Assembly: GCA_044225365.1 (NCBI GenBank)
Contig: JBGAIQ010000003.1
Coordinates: 1-64,000 of the forward strand
Source of the DNA: Planctomycetota bacterium
GTDB taxonomy: Bacteria; Planctomycetota; B15-G4; JADJEK01
Length of the DNA stretch: 64,000 bases
Direction of reading: 5' to 3'
Below the pieces are notes generated by a model. It was given only the letters and a program-made list of their open reading frames with translations. It searched no databases and was not told the DNA's origin. Positions 9,356 through 17,930 of the stretch are shown here, piece by piece (position 1 is the stretch's first letter; each line of letters opens with the position of its first letter). The translations under genes and the position numbers were made by a program.

Positions 9356-9987
9356 GTACCGAGCGCGAGCGTGTTAGGATCCGCGAACAGGCCTCCGAAA
9401 GACGAGCGATGAACACGACGCTGGATCCCGCGATCGATACGTATATCTCCGAAGTCCAGGCGATCTGTAGCGGGGGCTACTCGCTGCCGAGCAAGGTCCG
9501 CCGCATCCAAGAGGCCGCGCGCCGCCACATCGCGAAGCCGCTCGATCTGTCCGAGGAACTGCGCTACATCCCGCCCACGGGCTACGGCCGCAACCTCATC
9601 CACCGCGATCCGGAACACGGATTCGTCCTCATCGCGATGGTCTGGCCGCCGAACACGATCGGCAGCCCGCACGACCACCAGACCTGGGGCGTGGTCGCCG
9701 TCTCCGAGGGCTCGATCCGCATCTGCAACTTCGAGCGCGACGACGACGGGAGCAACACCGAGCAGGGCAACCTCGTCGAGAAGATCCGCATCGACGGCAA
9801 GCCCGGCGACGTCGGCTACGTGCTCCCGCCCCACGAGGACATCCACTCGATCTCGAACCATTCGTCCGCGCCCGCGGTCTCGCTCCACACCTACGGCCGC
9901 GACATCAAGCGCTGCCGCGTGTTCGACAAGGTGACCGGGAAGATCCAATGGGTCGACCTCGCGTACCACCAAGAGGGCGTGTCCTGA
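9352..9987 (+). CDS. Cysteine dioxygenase type I family (cupin) protein
   Basis: YGRNL, SPHDH, DIHSI and SLHTYG (3-His iron site plus S-H-Y triad). ATGA overlap; alternative start at 9409. Confidence 0.85.
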   Translation: MSTERERVRIREQASERRAMNTTLDPAIDTYISEVQAICSGGYSLPSKVRRIQEAARRHIAKPLDLSEELRYIPPTGYGRNLIHRDPEHGFVLIAMVWPPNTIGSPHDHQTWGVVAVSEGSIRICNFERDDDGSNTEQGNLVEKIRIDGKPGDVGYVLPPHEDIHSISNHSSAPAVSLHTYGRDIKRCRVFDKVTGKIQWVDLAYHQEGVS

Positions 9988-10042
9988 CCCACGGCGGATG
10001 AAGCGACGATTCGATCGTCCTTCGATCGCCCGTCATTCCCCG

Positions 10043-12655
10043 TCATTCCTTGATAGTGAGTGTCAGATCCCCCACCTCGGGGACCGCATCCCCGATCGTG
10101 GAATGTCGGGGTCTCGCTCCATGCGAATCGTCTTCGCGAGCCGAGACCTCGAAGTGCGCGCCGGCAAGGACCTGCATCGTAAAGCGACCCGACGACTCCG
10201 ATCTCGTCTCGACGGCGAACGATCGGTCGGCCAGAGCGCGCGCCATGATTCGAACCCCCTCGACGCCCGCGCCCGAAGCGTCGACGACGCGACCGCTCCA
10301 ACGAATCCCCTCACGCAGCGGGAGTACGATTCCGGTCGAGCCCGAGGACACGGTCACTCGGCTCGAGCGCAGAAGATCGCGGGTGCCCTCTCGCTTCGTC
10401 TTCGGCGGGTGCGCGACGAGCGAGTACTCCCCCTCGACCAGGCCCTCGAACGTGACTCGGCCGCGCGCGTCGGAGACGATCTCAAGGCTCGCTGAGAGCG
10501 GGGTCGATTCCGACAGTGTCACCGCTGCGCCCTCGACGGGCTCGCCGTTCTGCCCCACCACCCGCGCTTCGACCCGTCCCGTCCGCGGCAGCTTGCGCGC
10601 GACGAGTAGGACGTCCTTCGCGGGAGCGACGATCCCGAGCAACTCCCCGCGGTACCCGGTCTCGTCCTTCGCCTCTTTGCGACTGCCGTCCGCCAAGTCG
10701 TGCGTGCCGAGAACTCGAAGATCGACTCTCTCCCCCGGCTTCGCTCGAAACCGGAACGCCCCCGCCGCGTCCGATCCATGGACGATGGGCTCGCGACCGT
10801 CGATCGCGACGAACCACATGTCGGGGACTGGCGCGCCCGTCTCGTCGACCATCTTCCCCGCGATCTCCGCGAGGGGGTGAACGACGATTCGAACTTCCTG
10901 GCCGGAAGGTGCGACCCGCGGATCCTCGTCGGTGTCGAATCCATCGGCCCAGACTCGGATCGTCGCCGTCGTCGCCTGCACGCCGTGCAGGGCCGCGAGC
11001 CCCTCGCCGTTCGTCGACACGGAGCGAAAGTCCTCCTCCTCGATCGAGACGCTCGCTTCCGACACCGGCGCGCCCGCCTCGTCGACGACGCGGACGAAGA
11101 GATCGTTGCCGACCGGAATCCGTAGCTCCACCTCGAGCCGATCGACATCGTCGGTGAGATCGACGTCGCGAACGAGATTCGGTCGATCTGGAAATTGAGT
11201 CGAAAGCCGAAACGAGCCCGACGAGAGATCGGAGAAGCGAAAGCGCCCGAGATCGTCGGTGCGGCGGCGTTGAAACGTGCCGAAAGAACTCGCAGTGCGC
11301 GGGCCGAACGCGACGACCGTCGTATCGGGTAGCGGGGTTCCATTGCTCTCGACGACGCTGCCCTCGATCGCGCGCGCTCGTTGCAGGATCACTTCACCGA
11401 GCTCGATCGTTCCGGGACTCCCAGGGCGCGGAGGAAACTCGCGCAGGTAGCGACCGAAGCCCTTCGCCTCCACGATGAGCTTGTGCGTCAGATCGTGCCT
11501 CAAGCTCGTGATTTCGAACGAGCCGTCGCCGCCGGTCTTCGCGACCTCGAACTCGAACGCTTTGCCTTCCGCGAGAACGAGGACTCCCGGCAATGGACGG
11601 CGATCCGGCGCCAGCAGTACGCCGCGCGCGGTGTCCGCGGGAAAGAGCGCGAAGTCGACGTCTCCGGTCTTCTTCACGTCCTTGTCCTCGCGCCCATACC
11701 CCTGGGCGACGACGAACAGACCGTCCGCGTACTCGTCATCGGACTTGCCCGGAAAGATGTAACGCCCGTCCAAACCCGTGCGCACTCGCTTACCCGAGGG
11801 CGCTCGAGTCTCTCGAATCGTTGCGCCGGCGATCGGTTGGCCGCTGATCGCGTCGGTGACACGACCTCGAATGCTGCGACCGTCGTGAAATGTGACGTCG
11901 ACCGACGTGACATCGAGGGGCTTCACCTCGACGCCTCTCGAAATCCCTGCGAGCACGGCGTGGTCGAGATTCAGTTGTACACGCCCGCTCTCGATCGGCG
12001 CGAATCGGCAGAGGCCCGCGGAGTCCGTGACGCCTTCGAACTCGTATCCTTGAAACGTGTGATCGCGCCAGCACCGAACCAGCACGTGGGCGACGGGAGC
12101 GCCCCGCTCGTCCTTGGCGATGATCCTCAATTCACACGCGGGCTTCAGCACGATGCGAAGCCGCTCACCCGCCTGCTTGCTGCCAAGCGCTGCATTCGCG
12201 AAGCCGATCCGCGACACGCGGAGGTCGACCTGATCGCCGCGCTGGAGTCGAATCGCGAACGTGCCGTCGACGGCGCTCTGCGTGCTCGACCCGAGCGTGC
12301 TTTCGAAGATCTGATCGGGATCGATCCACGGCCGCTCGAGCGTTTCGATCGTCGCCCCTGCGATCGCTTCACCCTTCTCGTCGACGACGATTCCGAACAG
12401 ATCGAGATCGCGATCGCATTTCTCGAGATCCACGGGTGGTGGTTCGGCGGCGGCACTCGTCCGCTCGGGTGACGTGCTCGGTTCCGCGATCGAGGGCGCG
12501 ACGACGAGACGCGGCGGCGCCAGTTCGGGTTGTGGAGGCTCCGGACCGGGATCGCCCCGCGAGCGCAGCAACGTGACGGTTGCAATGAAGAGCGCCGCTG
12601 CACAGAGGATCGACTTTCCGAGAAGACTACGTGCTCGCGGGTTCCTCGATCGCAT
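10043..12655 (-). CDS. Membrane-anchored carboxypeptidase regulatory-like domain repeat protein
   Basis: N-terminal TM followed by many GxVVDxxGxPxxGA / TDxxGxF beta-sandwich repeats. Confidence 0.8.
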   Translation of the reverse strand: MRSRNPRARSLLGKSILCAAALFIATVTLLRSRGDPGPEPPQPELAPPRLVVAPSIAEPSTSPERTSAAAEPPPVDLEKCDRDLDLFGIVVDEKGEAIAGATIETLERPWIDPDQIFESTLGSSTQSAVDGTFAIRLQRGDQVDLRVSRIGFANAALGSKQAGERLRIVLKPACELRIIAKDERGAPVAHVLVRCWRDHTFQGYEFEGVTDSAGLCRFAPIESGRVQLNLDHAVLAGISRGVEVKPLDVTSVDVTFHDGRSIRGRVTDAISGQPIAGATIRETRAPSGKRVRTGLDGRYIFPGKSDDEYADGLFVVAQGYGREDKDVKKTGDVDFALFPADTARGVLLAPDRRPLPGVLVLAEGKAFEFEVAKTGGDGSFEITSLRHDLTHKLIVEAKGFGRYLREFPPRPGSPGTIELGEVILQRARAIEGSVVESNGTPLPDTTVVAFGPRTASSFGTFQRRRTDDLGRFRFSDLSSGSFRLSTQFPDRPNLVRDVDLTDDVDRLEVELRIPVGNDLFVRVVDEAGAPVSEASVSIEEEDFRSVSTNGEGLAALHGVQATTATIRVWADGFDTDEDPRVAPSGQEVRIVVHPLAEIAGKMVDETGAPVPDMWFVAIDGREPIVHGSDAAGAFRFRAKPGERVDLRVLGTHDLADGSRKEAKDETGYRGELLGIVAPAKDVLLVARKLPRTGRVEARVVGQNGEPVEGAAVTLSESTPLSASLEIVSDARGRVTFEGLVEGEYSLVAHPPKTKREGTRDLLRSSRVTVSSGSTGIVLPLREGIRWSGRVVDASGAGVEGVRIMARALADRSFAVETRSESSGRFTMQVLAGAHFEVSAREDDSHGARPRHSTIGDAVPEVGDLTLTIKE

Positions 12656-12667
12656 CGCCGACGGTCC

Positions 12668-15388
12668 TCATGGATCCAGAGTCATCGTCACCTCGCCCGC
12701 CTCGGGCACCGCGTCGGGGATCGAACCCATGCGGGCCTTCGATCCATCGGACGAGCGTAGGAACGCGCGGACCGCGTAGTGCTGGTTTCCGAGCACGACG
12801 AGCGTGAAGCGGCCGTTCGTGTCGGTGGTACCCGAGAACAAGTAGCGATTGTCGGCGGCGATCATCGCGGACACTCCAACCCCCGAGATCGCGACGCCGG
12901 ACTTGTCGATCACGCGGCCGCTCCAGCGCAGCCCGGTCCGCAACGTCAGCGTGACCTCCGCGGTGTTCGGTTCGACGTCGACGAACTCGGATACGATCCA
13001 GTCCCCGCCCCCGTTCAGCGCGGGTTCGGCGTGCGCGGTGTGCTTCGTCGCGGGAAGACCGTCGACGCGGACCTTGCCCTCGGCGTCGACGTCATGCCCG
13101 ACGAGGAACCCGGGAGACGTCGATTCGCCGAGTTGAACTCGAGCGCCCATCGCCGGCTTTCCGTCGGGAAGGACGACGCGAAAAGCGAGCGAGGACTTCT
13201 TCTCCACCTTGCGCGCGACGAGCACGAGGTCCTTCGCCGGCGCGACGATCCCCTTCAATTCACCGCGCAGGTCGCCCTCCTCGAAGTTGATGAAGCCGCG
13301 CGGATCGAGAGTCTGCTTCCGTCCGGAGAGCAGGAGATCGACGCGAGCCCCTGCCTTCTGCCGGATCGCGAACTGGCCATTCTCGTCGGCCGCGCGGATC
13401 GTGGTCCGCCCACCGGTCACGGTCGTGTCGATGACGGCGATCTGCATTCCCGGCAACGGCTGGCCAGCCTCGTCGACGACCTTGCCCGCGATCTCGGAGG
13501 CAGCATGCAGCACGATGCGCAGTTCCTGTCCTGCCGGAACGACGCTCGTCGGATCGGCGAATCGATCATCGTCCGCCCAGACGTTGACCCATGTCGCCGA
13601 TCCGGGGAGGCCGTGCATGACTGCGAGCCCCGTCCCGTCGGTTCGCGTCTGGACGTAACTCGCAGCGTTGATCGAGACGATCACGTCCGGAACGGGCGCG
13701 CCTGATTCGTCGACGACCCGAACGAGGAGATCGACGCCGCCATCGACGCGGATCTCGACGCCGAGGAGATCGCGATCGTTGCCGAGCGTCACGCTCGTCA
13801 CGGATTCGGGACGGCCTTCGATGCGGACCTTCAAGTCGTACGACCCAGGAGACAGATCGGGAAAGCGGAAGCGCCCGAGATCGTCGGTGCGCCGCGTTTC
13901 GCTGCGCCCGTAGAAGTCGGCGATCGACCGCGGCGCCGCGCTGCTTCGGAGTCGCCCACGATCGGAGTTCTCGCCGCTCGCGATCACTTCGACGCCCGCG
14001 AGTGCTTTGCCGTCCTGACCGAGAACGACGCCTTCGATCGCGCGAGCCGCGGGAACGATGATGTCGCCGAGTTCGATCGTCTCTGCGCCGCCGGAACGGT
14101 CGGGATGATTCTCGAAATCCAGGAGGTAGCGCCCGTACCCCTTCGCCTGCACCGCGAGCGTGTGGACCCGCATGTCGTGACGCAGCGAGGTCAGATGAAA
14201 CGTACCGTCGCTCGCGGTCACACACGATCCGGAGTCGATCTGCTGGCCTTGCGGTGAGAAGTCGTCGCTCGCGAAGAAGGAGACCGTCACCCCGGGCAGC
14301 GGTCGCTTCTCGGGGTCGAGGAGCCGTCCCTTCGCGTCGTCGGCGGGCTCGAGTGCGAAGTCGAGATCGCCTTGCTTCGGCACCTCCTTGCCCTGCCGGC
14401 CGTAACCTTCGGCGGTGACATGCACATCACTCGAGCCGATCCCGGTGTAGCCGACGATGGTGTAGTTTCCCTCGGCATCGCTCTTCACGGCGCGACCCAT
14501 CACCCAATTCTCGCCGATCGTGGCGCCCGCGATCGGCTTGTTCGTCGTCGCGTCGACGATCTTGCCGCGCAACGTTCGCCCTGCGGGCATCGTGACCTCG
14601 AGGAGCGTCTCCTTCCCCATCGCGACGTCGACTTTCTGCCATCCGGGTTCGCCGAGCACCGTGTGCTCGAGGCGGACCGTCCCCTTTCCGGTTCCGACTT
14701 CGAAAACGCAGGCTCCACCCGCGTCCGTGACGCCATCGCGCTCGTCGCCCGCCGAGGGTTGGCGCCAGAAGTGGACCTGGACCTCCGGAACGCCCTTTCC
14801 CTTCTCGTCCTTCACGACGACGCGCAATGTGCTCGCAGGCGGCAAGACGAGGCTCACCCGCTGCCCCGCCATCGCGTTGGGAAGGCTGCGGGTCGCGAAT
14901 CCCGGGTGCGATGCCCGAAGTTCGACGAGATCGCCGCGCTTCAAGCGGATCGCGAACGATCCGTCGGTGGAGCTCACCGTCCCCGGGCCCGTTTCGACCT
15001 TGAAGTAGCTCTTCGATTCGAGCAGCACCGTGCGGCGCCACGGATGCAGGATCGTCTCGACCTTCGCGCCCGCGATGCCCGCGCCTTTGGAATCCACGAC
15101 CACGCCGAACAGATCGAGGTCGCGATCGCAGTGGTCGAGATCGACGGGCGGTGGCGCCTCGTCTGCACTCGCCCGCGCGATTTCGAGCTTCTTCTGGGAG
15201 TCGTCGGAACCCGAAGCGGCGCCGAGGATGTCCGGAGCAGCGGGAGACTCGTCCGTCCGTCGAAGGTCACCGCTCGAGGAAGACTCGGGCGAATCGCTCG
15301 AACCGCCGAACACGAACAGCGAGAGGCCGATGCCTCCAAAGACCACGAGGCCCGTCACCCAAACCAGGAACCAGCCGCGTCGCGACAT
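12668..15388 (-). CDS. Membrane-anchored carboxypeptidase regulatory-like domain repeat protein (paralogue of the adjacent gene)
   Basis: Same repeats, plus shared PPPVDLxxCDRDLDLFG and RRTDDLGRFRF motifs. GGAGG lies upstream of ATG 15388. Confidence 0.8.
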   Translation of the reverse strand: MSRRGWFLVWVTGLVVFGGIGLSLFVFGGSSDSPESSSSGDLRRTDESPAAPDILGAASGSDDSQKKLEIARASADEAPPPVDLDHCDRDLDLFGVVVDSKGAGIAGAKVETILHPWRRTVLLESKSYFKVETGPGTVSSTDGSFAIRLKRGDLVELRASHPGFATRSLPNAMAGQRVSLVLPPASTLRVVVKDEKGKGVPEVQVHFWRQPSAGDERDGVTDAGGACVFEVGTGKGTVRLEHTVLGEPGWQKVDVAMGKETLLEVTMPAGRTLRGKIVDATTNKPIAGATIGENWVMGRAVKSDAEGNYTIVGYTGIGSSDVHVTAEGYGRQGKEVPKQGDLDFALEPADDAKGRLLDPEKRPLPGVTVSFFASDDFSPQGQQIDSGSCVTASDGTFHLTSLRHDMRVHTLAVQAKGYGRYLLDFENHPDRSGGAETIELGDIIVPAARAIEGVVLGQDGKALAGVEVIASGENSDRGRLRSSAAPRSIADFYGRSETRRTDDLGRFRFPDLSPGSYDLKVRIEGRPESVTSVTLGNDRDLLGVEIRVDGGVDLLVRVVDESGAPVPDVIVSINAASYVQTRTDGTGLAVMHGLPGSATWVNVWADDDRFADPTSVVPAGQELRIVLHAASEIAGKVVDEAGQPLPGMQIAVIDTTVTGGRTTIRAADENGQFAIRQKAGARVDLLLSGRKQTLDPRGFINFEEGDLRGELKGIVAPAKDLVLVARKVEKKSSLAFRVVLPDGKPAMGARVQLGESTSPGFLVGHDVDAEGKVRVDGLPATKHTAHAEPALNGGGDWIVSEFVDVEPNTAEVTLTLRTGLRWSGRVIDKSGVAISGVGVSAMIAADNRYLFSGTTDTNGRFTLVVLGNQHYAVRAFLRSSDGSKARMGSIPDAVPEAGEVTMTLDP

Positions 15389-15465
15389 CGATCTTCCCTC
15401 CGACACCATCGTCCGAGGACCGAGATCCTACTCGACGAGAGGCGGAGATGGCCATCGCGCGGCGA

Positions 15466-17166
15466 TCAGTGTGCGGGAACGACGAGGCCCTTCAGGCCCG
15501 GATGGTCCTTCGCGATGCGAGTGGCGCGGAACAACGCGAAGGGGTTGATGCCGCCGCCCGGCGGTCCGGCGCCCGGCCCACCCGGAGGTCCTCCCGGCGG
15601 GGGCCCCCCGCCTGGACCGCCCGGTCCGCCCGCTCCCGCCGGCGGAGGCCCACCCGGTCCACCGTCGGGAGTCTTCTTCGGCGCGTCGCCGCCGACTTCG
15701 TTCCAGTACTCCCAGACGATCTCGCCCTTCTTCGTCACTTCGAAGATGCGGCCCTGCTCGCCCGAACAGATGAGCGTGTTGCCATTCGGAAGTCGTTGCA
15801 CGCCGGAGATGAAGCTCGAGAAGAACTTCTCGTCCTTGCCGCCGCCGTAGCTCCACACCGCGTCCTTCGGCCCGTTGACGACGCCCTTCTTCAGGTCGAA
15901 CACGCCCGGAGACGTCGTCGGAAGCGCGAATTCCATCGCCATCGAGAACGGCTCGCCCTTGCGGCCCGCACCGTTGTTGAAGACGAGGATGTGACCCGCG
16001 CCCTCGAGACCGTCGTGGATCCACTGCGGATTGTGCTGATGGAAGAGGATCTCGTCGGCGTCGCTGCCGCCGCGATAGGCCTTCGGATTGCCGAAGCGGA
16101 ACAGCAGGTCGCCGCCGTGTCCGCGCTTGCCCCCCGTGTGGCCCTTGGCTTCCGCGGTCGTCGTGCCGTGATCGAGGATCCAGAACTCGCAGAAGTTCTT
16201 CACCGAGATGATGATCTCGTCGGTCGCGGGGTCGTAGTCGATCGCGTTGGTGTGCATCCAATCCGCGCCCTGCACGTTCCGCTTCTTGCCCTTCGCATCC
16301 TTGGCGGCGCCGCCGAGGTATCCCGCCTGGCGCAGCTTGTCCTGGTCCTTGGCGTCCGCCGACTTCCCGTCCTTCGCGTCCCCTCCGTCCTTGGAAGGAT
16401 CCGCATGATCCGGTGGTCCAGGCGGCCGCGGGCCGTGTCCCTTCGGAGCGTTGCGATCGCCGTTGATGTCGACGAGTTCCGGATGCGCGGCGACGTCACC
16501 GAAATTGTCTCGGCCCTTGTCGAAGTCTTGAATCAGGTGATCCCAGGTGTGCCATTCCCAGACGATCTTGGCGCCCGTCTTGCCATCCTTCTCGAGCTCG
16601 AAGACCGCGTCGGGCCAGAACTCGCCGGCGTCCATCAACGCGGGATCGCGCCCGGCCTGGATCGCCGCGGTGCCGCTCTTGCGCTCCCATGCGATGATGA
16701 GGAAGTGACCGTTGGGGAGCAGCTTGAAGTCGTGATGATGGTGCCGCTTCTCGTCGGCGAACCGGTAGTCCCACACGAGCTCGCCGTCCCACGTGAACTC
16801 CTGGATCTTGCCGCCGATGCCGCCGCCCTCGAACGTGCCGCCGTCCTCGATTCGCTCGGCGCGCAGGACGTTGCCGTTCTCGAGCAACAGCACGTTGTTG
16901 CCGGGCGGGAGGTCACTCTTCCACTCCTTCACGATCCTGCCATCCATGTCGAGGAGCACGGTGCGCAGCGACATCAACGGACAGATCAGCGTGTAGCCGT
17001 CGAATGCCTTGGAATCGTGCACGCGAAGTCCGCGCTTCTCCTCCGCCGGCTTCTCACCGTCCTGCGGGGGCTGCGCGAGCGAGTTCACCGCGAGCAGCCA
17101 CGGGACGACGCCGGCCGCGATCCGTGGCGCGAGGGAAGAGCGACGAGCGAACGGCTGGATCAGCAT
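15466..17166 (-). CDS. Aryl-sulfate sulfotransferase (ASST) family secreted protein
   Basis: Signal peptide, HHHHDFKLLPNGH, WEWHTWDH, DWMHTNAIDY, FHQHNP and SGVQRLPNGNTLI. Confidence 0.85.
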   Translation of the reverse strand: MLIQPFARRSSLAPRIAAGVVPWLLAVNSLAQPPQDGEKPAEEKRGLRVHDSKAFDGYTLICPLMSLRTVLLDMDGRIVKEWKSDLPPGNNVLLLENGNVLRAERIEDGGTFEGGGIGGKIQEFTWDGELVWDYRFADEKRHHHHDFKLLPNGHFLIIAWERKSGTAAIQAGRDPALMDAGEFWPDAVFELEKDGKTGAKIVWEWHTWDHLIQDFDKGRDNFGDVAAHPELVDINGDRNAPKGHGPRPPGPPDHADPSKDGGDAKDGKSADAKDQDKLRQAGYLGGAAKDAKGKKRNVQGADWMHTNAIDYDPATDEIIISVKNFCEFWILDHGTTTAEAKGHTGGKRGHGGDLLFRFGNPKAYRGGSDADEILFHQHNPQWIHDGLEGAGHILVFNNGAGRKGEPFSMAMEFALPTTSPGVFDLKKGVVNGPKDAVWSYGGGKDEKFFSSFISGVQRLPNGNTLICSGEQGRIFEVTKKGEIVWEYWNEVGGDAPKKTPDGGPGGPPPAGAGGPGGPGGGPPPGGPPGGPGAGPPGGGINPFALFRATRIAKDHPGLKGLVVPAH

Positions 17167-17309
17167 CGGGCTTCTCTTTCGATCGGTGGGGTCACGAGCC
17201 CCCGGAAGATACCAAGCGGACCCGAACTCGATCGGCGCAATTCGATGACTCGGTGTGGACGCCAGCGCTGAGAACCGCGACACTCCGGTCGATGCTCCCC
17301 GGGGATTCG

Positions 17310-17930
17310 ATGCGACGCGAACACGGCGATCCATTGCGCGACGACACCGACGACGACCGCAAGCGAGCCGCCTCGAGCGCGCTCGACGTGGCCTTCGACG
17401 GCCACTACGACGAGCTTCGCGAGCTCGCTCATTCGCTGCTGCGCCGCATGCACGCACCCGGGGCGCAGCGCACGACCTCGCTCTTGCACGACGCCTACAC
17501 CCGCCTCGCCGCGAAGCCGCGCCTCGAATTCCGCGACCAGGGTCATACGATTGCGACGATCGCGCGCGCGATGCGTTTCGCGTTGATCGATCGCTTGCGC
17601 AGCGTACGACGTGAGCAAGAGCTGCTCGAACGAACGACGACGCACTCGGCCCCGATTCTTGCGAACCACTCGGACCGCGACGACCTGCTTGCGCTCGACG
17701 CCGCCATCGAACGCCTCTCTGCACTCGATCCACGAAAGGCACGCGTCGTCGAACTGCGCTTCTTCACCGGTCTGTCCGTCGAGGACACCGCTCTCGCGCT
17801 CGGCGTCACCGCCCCGACGGTGAAGCGGGACTATGCATTCGCCCGCGCGTGGCTCGCCCGCGCAGTGAACGGAGAGAGCGTGAACCCGGCTCCGCAGACG
17901 GGAACCGACGTCGAGGCAGATCTTCGATGA
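17310..17930 (+). CDS. ECF sigma factor (TIGR02999/Sigma70_ECF type)
   Basis: YDELRELA, TTSLLHDAY, LLALDAAIERL, VVELRFFTGLS and TVKRDYAFARAWL. Confidence 0.9.
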   Translation: MRREHGDPLRDDTDDDRKRAASSALDVAFDGHYDELRELAHSLLRRMHAPGAQRTTSLLHDAYTRLAAKPRLEFRDQGHTIATIARAMRFALIDRLRSVRREQELLERTTTHSAPILANHSDRDDLLALDAAIERLSALDPRKARVVELRFFTGLSVEDTALALGVTAPTVKRDYAFARAWLARAVNGESVNPAPQTGTDVEADLR

